Below are positions 1 through 9,529 of a DNA stretch of 64,000 nucleotides, one piece after another. The stretch is taken from positions 1 through 64,000 of IMG/VR virus record IMGVR_UViG_3300014834_000367. One strand, given 5' to 3'. The notes beneath the pieces were generated by a model. It saw only the letters and a list, made by a program, of their open reading frames with translations, did no database searches and was not told the origin of the DNA. The stretch's first letter is position 1; each line of letters begins with the position of its first letter. Origin of the DNA: a virus. The translations under genes and the position numbers were made by a program.

Positions 1-8
1 AAAATAAA

Positions 9-86
9 ATGAACATCTTCTATCTTGATCATGACCCACGGCTATGTGCACAGGCGCATTGTAACAAGCACGTAATTAATATATAA
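9..86 (+). pseudogene. Orphaned 5' end of the DNA glycosylase gene (MNIFYLDHDPRLCAQAHCNKHVINI*)
   Basis: Manual translation from ATG 9; closely resembles the N-terminus of 780..1355 (MNIFYLHHDHKLCAEYHVDRHC) and stops just before the endonuclease gene. Confidence 0.8.
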
Positions 87-90
87 TCCA

Positions 91-119
91 TAAATAGTCT
101 CTATAAAATGGAGACTATT
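91..119 (+). promoter_or_regulatory. Late-type promoter (TAAATA 91-96) overlapping a hairpin that sequesters the endonuclease RBS
   Basis: AATAGTCTC 93-101 pairs with GAGACTATT 111-119; GGAG at 110-113; ATG at 122. Confidence 0.7.
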
Positions 120-121
120 AT

Positions 122-811
122 ATGGCACCGTGTAAAATATGTAATAAAGAATTTAAAAATATTAATGGATTAGCAAAGCACATTTTTCATACACATTCTG
201 ACATAACTAGAGAAGAATATTATCAACTTTATGTGAATACCGAATCTAAACTATGTTGTTGTGGCAAAATTAAGAAATTTAGAGATTTAGGCATTGGATA
301 TCTAAAACATTGTTCTCAGGAATGTTTAAAAAATGATCCCATATTTAAACAAAAGCATCGAGAGGCTAAAAGTGGATTAGTTCAAACTCCCGAAACTATC
401 AAAAAACGTCAAAAAACTATAGAAGATAGATATGGTGTAAGTAATGGATTTTTAGTCAATCATCCAAAAATATTTAAATATAAGGGTTTTACAACTAGAT
501 CTTCGTATGAAAGAAGTTTTATAGATTTTGCGGAAGAGTTTGATTATTCAATTTCTGTTCCAGACAAAATTAGATATATTTTCCAAGATACGTCTAGATG
601 GTATTACCCAGACTTTTACATTCATGAACTAAATTTAATAGTAGAGATAAAATCTAAATGGACATACAAACTTCATGAAGAAATGACTAAAACAAAATTT
701 TTATTTACTAAAAAGGCAGGGTTTGATATAATTCTAATCAATGAATCACATGGGCTGTTAGATAACTGGGAAAAATTAAATGAATATCTTCTATCTACAT
801 CACGATCATAA
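122..811 (+). CDS. Free-standing homing endonuclease, Zn finger plus PD-(D/E)XK nuclease
   Basis: CxxC...H...H at the N-terminus, CCCG, KKRQKTIEDRYG DNA-binding repeat, YYPDFYI...IVEIKSKWT catalytic motif. Confidence 0.75.
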   Translation: MAPCKICNKEFKNINGLAKHIFHTHSDITREEYYQLYVNTESKLCCCGKIKKFRDLGIGYLKHCSQECLKNDPIFKQKHREAKSGLVQTPETIKKRQKTIEDRYGVSNGFLVNHPKIFKYKGFTTRSSYERSFIDFAEEFDYSISVPDKIRYIFQDTSRWYYPDFYIHELNLIVEIKSKWTYKLHEEMTKTKFLFTKKAGFDIILINESHGLLDNWEKLNEYLLSTSRS

Positions 812-1355
812 ATTATGCGCCGAATACCACGTAGATCGCCATTGTGTCAAAATGATTATTGAATATGCACAGTTGCTTTCATCGGCTCATCGAATTCTTG
901 ATGGAACATTAACACAAGAATTGTCCGATTCAGGTAGAAAAACAAAAAGGTGGAAATTACCAGATGAACGTGATAGCGTTCTCTATCTTTCTACTCATGC
1001 AAATCATCCATCGGCCGTTTGGGCGAGACAGCGTTTAGGAAATTACGAATGGTTGTATGAACTATTCGTTGAATTGGGCAAAGAGTTTGAATATCGATAT
1101 GGCAAAGTCCATTCATCGAATGCTAAGCTCAATGAGATTTTAAAAACTCCACCAAAAAATATTGCAAACCTTCCATTCACAGAACCTCCTCAGGCAATGC
1201 CAGACGAATATAAAGTGCCAGGCAAAAGCATCGAGGCATATCATAATTATTATCGCTATGCAAAAATTAAATTTGCTTCTTGGAAAAATCGGCCTACGCC
1301 AAGCTTCATGGCAGAAACAAAAGGGGAAAACAATGAGCTCGCTCTCACCGTCTGA
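780..1355 (+). CDS. Pyrimidine-dimer DNA glycosylase (endonuclease V-like) family protein
   Basis: MNIFYL...HCVKMIIEYAQLLS, THANHPSAVWAR, PPQAMPDEYK, AYHNYY motifs. Confidence 0.75.
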   Translation: MNIFYLHHDHKLCAEYHVDRHCVKMIIEYAQLLSSAHRILDGTLTQELSDSGRKTKRWKLPDERDSVLYLSTHANHPSAVWARQRLGNYEWLYELFVELGKEFEYRYGKVHSSNAKLNEILKTPPKNIANLPFTEPPQAMPDEYKVPGKSIEAYHNYYRYAKIKFASWKNRPTPSFMAETKGENNELALTV

Positions 1356-1548
1356 AGAACTTTTATCAAAACTGCAAGATGAATTAGAGCTGACAAATAT
1401 GGCTCTAGGCGAACTACGGGCCCGGGTCGGGTATTATTCTAAGGATCTAGGGAATGATCCAGTTCAGGCCGCTGGTGGCGAATTGATGAAGCAGAAGGCG
1501 CTGCTAACAATTAAAATCGCGGCGCTTGATAAATTTCTTAAAGCTTAG
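1333..1548 (+). CDS. Small coiled-coil hypothetical protein (71 aa)
   Basis: AAGGGG RBS before ATG 1333, inside ORF 1162..1548. Confidence 0.6.
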   Translation: MSSLSPSEELLSKLQDELELTNMALGELRARVGYYSKDLGNDPVQAAGGELMKQKALLTIKIAALDKFLKA

Positions 1549-1759
1549 GAATTTTTATAGTTTCACCAGCTTTTGGCACTTTTGAGTCATTTAGCTGGTT
1601 AAACAATTCAAGGGCGCGGTCAACGTCAGCCTGGGCCATTGCGTGTGAATTATGTTTCTTAATTAAGCCGGTTATTGTAATGCCCTGCATGGGCATTACT
1701 AACACTTCAACATAATCACATGGTGCGTTTATTTCTTGCCCTCTTTGTATTTGTTCCAT
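1538..1759 (-). CDS. Small hypothetical protein, LysM-like C-terminus
   Basis: Ends LFNQLN...PKAGETIKIP; overlaps the end of the upstream minus-strand gene. Confidence 0.45.
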   Translation of the reverse strand: MEQIQRGQEINAPCDYVEVLVMPMQGITITGLIKKHNSHAMAQADVDRALELFNQLNDSKVPKAGETIKIPKL

Positions 1760-2637
1760 AAATCCTCATCTGCTTTTCTGGCTGGGCCACCAACAATAAA
1801 GCTATTGACGCGGCCGAGCGCCCATTGATTTTGTACAACACCGGGGCGGTGACCTGTTCTCCACGCTGCCATGCCACGTCGCCATACCTGCTTTAGTATA
1901 CTTACTGGAATTCCAGTTTTTTCTGACTTGGCCTTTAACGCAGTGTCTACTGAACTCTCTTCAGTAACAAATTCAAATATTTTATGCTTCTTTTTCATGG
2001 CATCCCAAAAACTTGGGTTGACATTCATATGTATAGGCACCTTCTTTAAACCGACAGCCTTATAGCCAGAAGCTAATATTCTTATCATCTCACCGCCTAA
2101 GCCCTCACCTCTCATGCTGCTCGGCAATGATATATCATGTTGTTGGAAACGATAAATTGTCATTCCGGGCTCATCACCTGGATGTTTCCATATTACTGCC
2201 TGAGCGAAGCCGCCGTCCTTTTCAAGATTTATTTCTAAAGTTTTCCAATTTCCACTTGCTCTTCTCCACTTGCTTACGTTTAATTCAATTCCATATTTTG
2301 ATTTCTCAACCTCATTTTTAATAACAGAATAGAATTTATTTGCCAATTCTTCTTGGGTCGTAATTTCATTACCATCAACGTCTTCGCCAAACATCTGTTT
2401 ATATTTTTTAGTGTGGCTGCTTACTGGCAGCTTTTTGCCCATCTTAGCCAATTCCTTCTTATACTTTATGTCAGCAGTCCAATCTTCAGGATAGGCTTCT
2501 GGATCGTCATGAGGCATTTTCGCAAAATGTTTTATTTCTTTCTTCATCGCCTTTTTGAGGGCGCGCTTTTGCTGCGATCCTTTAAATTCAAGATACTTCG
2601 GATTAACCTTTTCTTCAAATAATTGAACCAGCTTCAT
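1729..2637 (-). CDS. Capsid-targeted protein: DUF5824-like ends with a central GNAT-like module
   Basis: Start MKLVQLFEE; C-terminal LKAKSEKTGIP...RRGMAAWRTGHRPG...QWALGRVNSF; central MRGEGLG acetyl-CoA-binding-like motif; minus-strand TAAATA at 2677-2682. Confidence 0.6.
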   Translation of the reverse strand: MKLVQLFEEKVNPKYLEFKGSQQKRALKKAMKKEIKHFAKMPHDDPEAYPEDWTADIKYKKELAKMGKKLPVSSHTKKYKQMFGEDVDGNEITTQEELANKFYSVIKNEVEKSKYGIELNVSKWRRASGNWKTLEINLEKDGGFAQAVIWKHPGDEPGMTIYRFQQHDISLPSSMRGEGLGGEMIRILASGYKAVGLKKVPIHMNVNPSFWDAMKKKHKIFEFVTEESSVDTALKAKSEKTGIPVSILKQVWRRGMAAWRTGHRPGVVQNQWALGRVNSFIVGGPARKADEDLWNKYKEGKK

Positions 2638-2734
2638 GATATGACTTTCCCATAATGAGCGCAAATCTAGATGCTATATTTATATGCTCTACGATAAATA
2701 GTTAATCATTTATTGTCTTTTTAGGCTCAAAAAC

Positions 2735-4258
2735 ATGGCAAATTCATTTAGCGAAATCACAACAGCAGAACTTTGGGCAGAATCTCGTCTAATAACTATT
2801 CAGCTTTCTAGACCATCTCCTACTTCTGTTGAATTATCTTGGACTATTCCATCAAGTGTAAAAGCTTTAGCCGGTTATGTTATTCTATTGTCAGAGAAAA
2901 AGATCTCATCCGTCAATTATCCAATAGATTCCCAAAGATACATTCCATCTTTAGATTTAGCTAATCCTGAAAGTGAAATAGAGGATGCGCAAGTTGTAGG
3001 CGTAGCGTACGCTGCTTTTGGTGACTCAGTAGCTTCAGGTTCTTTAACAGTTATTAATGTTGATCCAAATAAACTATATTATGCAAGCGTTCATGGTTGC
3101 TCAAACATTCTACAGTATTATCCATATGGCATTCAATCATATCCACTAGACAGCGCGCGGATTGAAAAGGCGCCTACGGTTTTTGGTGGAAACATTGATC
3201 AAAACGTAGGACCTCCTTTAAACCCAACGCTTGGACAAGTTTACTATGATCCAACCACGAATAAAGTTCAGATGTGGTCAGGGATGGCGTGGGTTCCAGC
3301 TGGCACAGGCTCCGTAAAAACTGGTAGCGATGCAGATCGTCCTACCGGAGATGCCGCAACTACCGGTACCTTCTTCTACAACAAAGATAACAGAGAATTA
3401 CAAATCTTTAATGGTACATCTTGGACAAAAGCAAATAATGACCAAGAAGGTGTGCCGATGGTTGACAAAACTTCTGTTGGTACAACTGGGTCTTATCAAG
3501 AGCGGCTCAGATTAGCTGGAGTTCTCAAGAGACAACTCGGCTATCCTGCGGTGTGTAATGAATTAAATGAAGAACATTTCAACATTGCAATCGATAATGC
3601 GATCGAAACATTCAGATCACGCGCTGATAATGCTTATCAAAATCAATTTATCGTAATGCCATTACAGTTAGATCAAAGTTTATATTATCTGAATGACCCA
3701 ACAATTGGCACCGATAAGGTCGTAAGCGTTAATAAAATTCACCGCATTTCAACTATCGGTTTTAACGCGTATGGTGGTGACGCCGCAGTTTATTCACAGA
3801 TTTTCTTCCAGCAATTCTTATATGGCGCGTCAATTGATATTTTATCAGTTCATTTAACGCACCAGCTCGCTGAAGAATATGAGCGCGTCTTTGCTGGTAA
3901 TTTCCAATTCACGTGGAATGAAGCAAAAAGAGAATTATTAATTCTTCGTAAAATCTTCAGAGAAGAAAGAATCGTTCTTGACTGTGTGATGGAAAGAACA
4001 GAACAAGAACTTCTTTCTGATCGTTACGCCAAACAGTGGTTACAAGCTTGGGCAGAAAGCGAACTCATGATGACCCTTGGTCACATACGTTCTAAATATG
4101 GTAATTTGCCAGGCCCCAATGGTGGCATTACTCTGAATGGCGCTGAACTTATTTCCCAAGCAACTGAAATGCAAGTTGAACTCCAACGTCAGCTAAATGA
4201 TTATGAAGTTGGAAATGGTGGCGTGGAATTCGTGAACACTGGAATTTTGATTGGATAA
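2735..4258 (+). CDS. gp13: Neck protein (T4 gp13-like) with N-terminal extension
   Basis: LKRQLGYPAVCNEL, LGHIRSKYGNLPGPNGGITLNGAEL, terminal ILIG; position before gp14/gp15. Confidence 0.85.
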   Translation: MANSFSEITTAELWAESRLITIQLSRPSPTSVELSWTIPSSVKALAGYVILLSEKKISSVNYPIDSQRYIPSLDLANPESEIEDAQVVGVAYAAFGDSVASGSLTVINVDPNKLYYASVHGCSNILQYYPYGIQSYPLDSARIEKAPTVFGGNIDQNVGPPLNPTLGQVYYDPTTNKVQMWSGMAWVPAGTGSVKTGSDADRPTGDAATTGTFFYNKDNRELQIFNGTSWTKANNDQEGVPMVDKTSVGTTGSYQERLRLAGVLKRQLGYPAVCNELNEEHFNIAIDNAIETFRSRADNAYQNQFIVMPLQLDQSLYYLNDPTIGTDKVVSVNKIHRISTIGFNAYGGDAAVYSQIFFQQFLYGASIDILSVHLTHQLAEEYERVFAGNFQFTWNEAKRELLILRKIFREERIVLDCVMERTEQELLSDRYAKQWLQAWAESELMMTLGHIRSKYGNLPGPNGGITLNGAELISQATEMQVELQRQLNDYEVGNGGVEFVNTGILIG

Positions 4259-4261
4259 TAG

Positions 4262-6055
4262 ATGACAACTGGACCATATACTCCTCCGGATCTATGCGTT
4301 GGAACTTGGCGGCTTAATGACGCGGATTCGGAGTGTCTACAAAATGAAAAGAAGATTCAAGAAGAATATGTGGCGGAACAGTTGGCTATTGCCGGCGTTC
4401 CTCTTAACGTATTTAAGTTACTTGGAGTTCATGAACAAGGTCGTTTAGTCGATTTAACCGGCAGTGGTTCAGCATTATCGAGTGGTGCCGCAGCTGGATA
4501 TGCCGCATCTAATGCATTCATAACTTCGCCAAGTTTGACATGGAGATCAGCGCAAGTAGGAACCGCAGTGGTCACTACACCGTCATACATTGGATATAAT
4601 TTTGGCACTAAGAAAAATCCTCTTGGAGGTCAAGCATACGGTCCGCCTGCACCAGTATTTCAACACATTACTACCATTAAAATTCAGCAAAGCTCAAATC
4701 CTAATAAAAGAGCGCAACAGATAAAAATAGAACGTGCCGATGGCAAGGTTGAAGCACAAGCGCCTAGTTTTACTGGCGCAGGAAATGGCACATTAACAAT
4801 AACGTCAATTGAACCTGCAGCTACACAAGATTTATTAACTATAACAGCAACTTCCCCAACAAGCTTCACCGTGGCAAGCGTAAGTGCTGGTATAATTGGA
4901 ACAGCGGCGCTAGGCGTACCATTCAGAAGTTCAATAGTGTGTTTAACAGTTTCTGCTGGGACAATACCATTTGCCATTGGAGATACCTTTTTCGTCGAAC
5001 TTCATTTAGCTTGGCAGAGAGTTGATATTGTCAATTTGCCGAATACCGGAAATTTAGAAACAGTAAATCTAAAGCAATCGGCGCCAGCTCCATATTGGAG
5101 AATTATTCCAACAGCTTTTGCCGGCATCGGCAGTTCAGAATCTTGGGAAGTAATTCAACTGCAATTAATGGATTATCAGGCGACTTCATTAGACAACATT
5201 CAAGACATGCTGTTACAAGAAAATCGTGATAGAGATTATGCCTCCTCATCAGTTCAAATTTTCTGTCAATATTCACCAGCTGATAATTTTGGAGATTTGG
5301 GAAGATTCGGTTTGAACATTGCAGAGCAATACGCATTCACTGTTTCATTTGCTGAAATGGTTAGAGCATTAGGACGTCCAATAGTTGTTGGCGATATTAT
5401 CGAGCTTCCGGCCGAAATGCAGTATGATCATAATCTCAGACCAGTTAAAAAATATTTAGAAATTGTTGACGCCAGCTGGGCCGCTGATGGCTTTAGTCCA
5501 CAGTGGCGCCCACTAATTTATCGCTTCCAAGCTCAACAGCTTATCCCATCTATTGAGACTCGAGATATAGTTGGACCAACCCCGTCACAGCTTATTGTTG
5601 ACGATGCTTCATTCTTTGACGAAATTCAACAAATAAATAAAGCTGCGCTGGACGCCACAAAAGCAATTGAAGCTGAAGCAAAAGATGCGGTGCCAGAAAT
5701 TGGTCAAGATTCTCAATCATTAGCAAGTGGAACTAAAGCAAAGTCGAGTACAGAAGAAAGACCAAATACGACTGATGCGCAAGATGCTTATATTGAAGAT
5801 GCGCTGCCACCTGCTGGCGTAAGTTATTCTGAAGGTTATGAGCTGCCAGACATACCAAGCTCAACCGATGGACAATATTTTAGATTAAATTATCCAGAAT
5901 CTACAAATATTCCTTCAAAACTCTTTCGTTATTCAGCCTTGAAGAATAAATGGATATATCTTGAAAGCGATCGTAGAAATGAATACAGCTCATTTAAACC
6001 AAGTGTTCGAAAAATTTTAACCAGCACCACTAAAAAATCTATAAAGAAAAAATAA
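4262..6055 (+). CDS. gp14: Neck protein (T4 gp14-like) with inserted beta domains
   Basis: EQLAIAGVPLNVFKLLG, IQDMLLQENRDRDY, LGRPIVVGDIIELP; synteny. Confidence 0.75.
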   Translation: MTTGPYTPPDLCVGTWRLNDADSECLQNEKKIQEEYVAEQLAIAGVPLNVFKLLGVHEQGRLVDLTGSGSALSSGAAAGYAASNAFITSPSLTWRSAQVGTAVVTTPSYIGYNFGTKKNPLGGQAYGPPAPVFQHITTIKIQQSSNPNKRAQQIKIERADGKVEAQAPSFTGAGNGTLTITSIEPAATQDLLTITATSPTSFTVASVSAGIIGTAALGVPFRSSIVCLTVSAGTIPFAIGDTFFVELHLAWQRVDIVNLPNTGNLETVNLKQSAPAPYWRIIPTAFAGIGSSESWEVIQLQLMDYQATSLDNIQDMLLQENRDRDYASSSVQIFCQYSPADNFGDLGRFGLNIAEQYAFTVSFAEMVRALGRPIVVGDIIELPAEMQYDHNLRPVKKYLEIVDASWAADGFSPQWRPLIYRFQAQQLIPSIETRDIVGPTPSQLIVDDASFFDEIQQINKAALDATKAIEAEAKDAVPEIGQDSQSLASGTKAKSSTEERPNTTDAQDAYIEDALPPAGVSYSEGYELPDIPSSTDGQYFRLNYPESTNIPSKLFRYSALKNKWIYLESDRRNEYSSFKPSVRKILTSTTKKSIKKK

Positions 6056-6057
6056 TT

Positions 6058-6339
6058 ATGACAAAAAATTTTAAAAGCATAGTCGACACGAAGGAATTTA
6101 GTCTTCTGCTGCTAAGTAAACAGCTCGACGTAGTTAAAAAGAACTTAGATAACGCAAATGATTATCTGCTTCAGGCCCTTGAACAAGCAAATCAGGGTGA
6201 AGTTTCAGAAGATCTGCAGACTGAGCTGTTAAAATTCCGAAATGATCTTATGATTGTAGAAAACGATTTTGCGAAACTGCATTTAAAAATTTCAACTGAG
6301 TTTTTGCCAAAAGCTAAATTAATAAAGACTAAATTATGA
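6058..6339 (+). CDS. Helical hypothetical protein
   Basis: Fills the gap between gp14 and gp15, stop overlaps the next ATG. Confidence 0.6.
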   Translation: MTKNFKSIVDTKEFSLLLLSKQLDVVKKNLDNANDYLLQALEQANQGEVSEDLQTELLKFRNDLMIVENDFAKLHLKISTEFLPKAKLIKTKL

Positions 6340-7085
6340 TCAATGAATATTTTTATGATGAGCAGCTGAGATCATACATTCTACAATTTTGCGCAATTTT
6401 CACCGGTCTCCAAGTCAAATCAGGGAAGGGTGAAAATGGTGAAATTATTACTGTGCCAGTGCCTATTCACGTCGGCAATAAGGATCGAGTGGTTGCGGCG
6501 ATTGGCGCAGGGAATACGTTAAATCGTACGTTTTATCTGCCGATCATGAGTGCTTACGTGCAAGGAATTGAACTCGCACCAGAACGTAGGAAAGGCGTTG
6601 GATATAAAGATGCTAAGGTATTCATGGAGGCAGGTGGTGTGTATCCAGACGACCTCCGTGTCGCTACAAGAATCATGCCTATACCATATACACTGTCAAT
6701 AGAATTAGCGATTTACGCGTCTAATACTCAGCAGATGCATCAAATTCTCGAGCAAGTACTAATGCTTTTCGATCCAACTCTGCAGATACAAACTACTGAT
6801 GCGGCGTTCGACTGGACAAAAATTACGACAGTTGAACTTACTGGCATTAACAATGAGGAAAATTACCCGATCGCAACTGATCGCAGAATTCTCGTGTGGT
6901 CACTAAACTTTTCATTACCGATTTGGTTAAGTCCGCCGATGGACGTGCGTGATGAAATTGTGCGTACTATTAAAATTCGTCTTGGTGATTTAGATGGATT
7001 TAATCCATTGGAGTTCGATGAAAATGGAGAACTTCAACCATTTCAAACAGTGTATGGCGAGTTTGATGTAACTGGAGAACAATAA
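6336..7085 (+). CDS. gp15: Tail sheath stabiliser/terminator (T4 gp15-like)
   Basis: YFYDEQLRSYILQF, VPIHVG, MPIPYTLSIEL...QILEQVLMLFDP. Confidence 0.85.
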   Translation: MINEYFYDEQLRSYILQFCAIFTGLQVKSGKGENGEIITVPVPIHVGNKDRVVAAIGAGNTLNRTFYLPIMSAYVQGIELAPERRKGVGYKDAKVFMEAGGVYPDDLRVATRIMPIPYTLSIELAIYASNTQQMHQILEQVLMLFDPTLQIQTTDAAFDWTKITTVELTGINNEENYPIATDRRILVWSLNFSLPIWLSPPMDVRDEIVRTIKIRLGDLDGFNPLEFDENGELQPFQTVYGEFDVTGEQ

Positions 7086-7137
7086 TCTTCATAGGAATAC
7101 ATACAGCTTTATGTTGATACTTCTAACTAATCTTTAT

Positions 7138-7170
7138 GAAAAAAAGGACTCTTTTGAGTCCTTTTATTTT
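7138..7170. terminator. Bidirectional intrinsic terminator
   Basis: AAAAGGACTC-TTTT-GAGTCCTTTT with A/T tails, between convergent genes. Confidence 0.8.
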
Positions 7171-7184
7171 ACATCATGAAATCA

Positions 7185-7322
7185 TTATTCTGGTAATGAA
7201 TCGCCTTCAGTCTCATCCCAATCATATTTCCAGTCTTCTTTAGTTGTTTCTGTCCAATCCTGTTTGAAATCTTGCTTAAGACCAGGAATTGTTGCAAGCA
7301 TGTCTGCTATTTCTGTGCCCAT
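7185..7322 (-). CDS. 45-aa acidic, Trp-rich peptide (not in the ORF track)
   Basis: AAGGAG RBS, minus-strand TAAATA at 7375-7380, MGTEIADMLATIPGLKQDFKQDWTETTKEDWKYDWDETEGDSLPE*, terminator downstream. Confidence 0.65.
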   Translation of the reverse strand: MGTEIADMLATIPGLKQDFKQDWTETTKEDWKYDWDETEGDSLPE

Positions 7323-7534
7323 TGCTATCTCCTTTAAAATAGATAGTGGTACCAATTATGTACCAATACACTAATATTTACTAATTTTTCAAAATTCATT
7401 CATTTTTTATTCGAAAATACGCTTCAAAACATTAGTAAAACCCGGAAAAAGCATAAATACTTCATCATAATTTAAGAAAACTGTAATCGATTAAATTACA
7501 GATAATTAGATAATATTTGATTAGGAGAGTTATC

Positions 7535-9430
7535 ATGCCAACTTTGGTCGCACCAGGAGTATCAGTATCAATAACTGACGAATCCTTCTATATCCCGGTT
7601 TCTGCCCCAACCGTTCCTCTTTTCTTCGTTGCAACCGAGGCAGGTAAAACACAACCAAATGGCATCACCCCTGCTGCTGGTACTAATGAGCATTCTGTTG
7701 TTAGAACAGTAACTTCAATCGGCCAAAGCACACAGCTTTTTGGTATTCCAAAATTCCGTGAAACATCTGGTGGTCTTGCGCAACACGGTGATGCTCGTAA
7801 TGAATATGGTCTTTTTGCTTTAAATCAATTTTTAGGAATTGGTAATCGCGCTTTCGTAGTTCGTGCCAACGTTGATCTTCGCGATCTGTCACTCACCGAA
7901 GACGTTCCAGTTAAAATTGCCCCAACTACACCAACATACTCAGGCGTGGGCAATGGCGTTCTTTCTGGCGTTACTGTTGGTGCAAAAACTATTGTTGAAA
8001 CAATCACGGTGACTTGCGTAACAGGTGGCGCTACTGCTTTATTCGCGGTCGAAGGTTCAGCATCAGGCTTAATCGGCACAGTGTCTGCTGGTTCATCATT
8101 CAGCTCAACCCGCGTAAACTTCAATTTATCCTCAGGTTCAACTGCCTTCACGATTGGTGACAAATTCACATTAAGCTTCGTGTACCGTGAAAATGGTTTC
8201 GTAGCTGGTTCATTGAATCATTCTGGCCGTTACAATAACACAGCTGGAACACCAACAACAGGCAATGGTCTCTTAAACAATTTAGGAATTGATGCTTTAG
8301 TTGTTCCAGAAACATGGACACTCGAATTCACCGATGCCACCAACTTCACAGTTACTGGTTCAGTCAGCGGCCCATTCACTAGCGGCCAAGTTAACGTAGC
8401 CTATGATAATAACTACATCACCTTTATTATCAATTCAGGTTCAGTGGCATTCTCTGCTGGTGATACCTTTGAAATCACAATTGCTACAAAAACAATCTCT
8501 GATCCACTTGGCGCCAACGATGCCGCTAAGCGCGTCGCTATCGCAACTGCCCTCCAAGCTGAAATCAACTCAAATCAGGAAGTTCGTTCTGAACTATATG
8601 AGTACAACTTAATTCTTGCTCCTGGTTATCCTGAGGCAGTTGACGAGTTACTCGCTCTTTCTACCAGCGTCAACGACGAAGCATTCGTGATCGCTGATAC
8701 CCCAAATGATAAGACACCAGAGCAAGTTGCACAATGGTCACTCACTTCAGATCGTAAGAGCAGCTCCTCAGTTGCTTACTACTATCCATGGGGTCTTGCT
8801 TCAAACCTGGATGGTAAAGACGTTGTCTGCGCCCCATCAGGTATCGCTCTCCGTACATATGCTTACAGCGACAATCAAGCTTATGTTTGGTTTGCTCCAG
8901 CTGGTGTACAGCGTGGTTTAATCACTGGCGTAAGTCAACTTGGTTATGTGTCTGGAACACTCGGTTCAGCTACAACTTTCGTTGAAACAAATCTGAATGC
9001 AGGTCAACGCGATAATCTTTATGAATCATTTAAGAATATCAACCCGTTATGCTTCTTCCCTGGCCGTGGTATGTTGGTGTGGGGTCAGAAGACATCCGCT
9101 ACTGCTGCTTCAGCCCTTGACCGCGTAAACGTTTCACGTCTGATGATGTACATCAAGCGCAATTTACGTAAAGGAGCCCAGCCATTCGTGTTCGAACCAA
9201 ATGATCCTATCACTCGCGATAATCTTAAGAGTGCGGTCGATGGGTTCTTGAATGATATTCTGATTAAGCGCGGTTTATATGATTTCGTCAGTGTTTGCGA
9301 TGAAACAAATAACACGCCAACCAGAATTGACAGAAATGAGCTATGGGTTGAGATTGCTGTTAAGCCAGTAAAAGCGGCTGAATTTATTTACATCCCAATC
9401 ACGATTCTGTCCACTGGCGCTGAACTATAA
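7535..9430 (+). CDS. gp18: Contractile tail sheath protein
   Basis: LVAPGVSVSITDES, WFAPAGVQRG, WGQKT...SALDRVNVSRL, FEPND, IAVKPVKAAEFIYIP; AGGAG RBS before ATG 7535. Confidence 0.95.
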   Translation: MPTLVAPGVSVSITDESFYIPVSAPTVPLFFVATEAGKTQPNGITPAAGTNEHSVVRTVTSIGQSTQLFGIPKFRETSGGLAQHGDARNEYGLFALNQFLGIGNRAFVVRANVDLRDLSLTEDVPVKIAPTTPTYSGVGNGVLSGVTVGAKTIVETITVTCVTGGATALFAVEGSASGLIGTVSAGSSFSSTRVNFNLSSGSTAFTIGDKFTLSFVYRENGFVAGSLNHSGRYNNTAGTPTTGNGLLNNLGIDALVVPETWTLEFTDATNFTVTGSVSGPFTSGQVNVAYDNNYITFIINSGSVAFSAGDTFEITIATKTISDPLGANDAAKRVAIATALQAEINSNQEVRSELYEYNLILAPGYPEAVDELLALSTSVNDEAFVIADTPNDKTPEQVAQWSLTSDRKSSSSVAYYYPWGLASNLDGKDVVCAPSGIALRTYAYSDNQAYVWFAPAGVQRGLITGVSQLGYVSGTLGSATTFVETNLNAGQRDNLYESFKNINPLCFFPGRGMLVWGQKTSATAASALDRVNVSRLMMYIKRNLRKGAQPFVFEPNDPITRDNLKSAVDGFLNDILIKRGLYDFVSVCDETNNTPTRIDRNELWVEIAVKPVKAAEFIYIPITILSTGAEL

Positions 9431-9446
9431 TCATTAATTTGATTAG

Positions 9447-9480
9447 TAAAAGGGAGCATAATGCTCCCTTTTTCTTTTTC
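9447..9480 (+). terminator. Intrinsic terminator after the sheath gene
   Basis: AAAAGGGAGCAT-A-ATGCTCCCTTTT followed by a T run. Confidence 0.85.
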
Positions 9481-9529
9481 TAAAGAAGTAAATACAATTA
9501 CCTTTACTGCAACTTCAAAGGAATTTATA

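Noticed and set aside
9461-9529. N-terminal extension of the endonuclease ORF
   Set aside because: The ATG lies inside the terminator hairpin; the promoter and RBS point to 9530.
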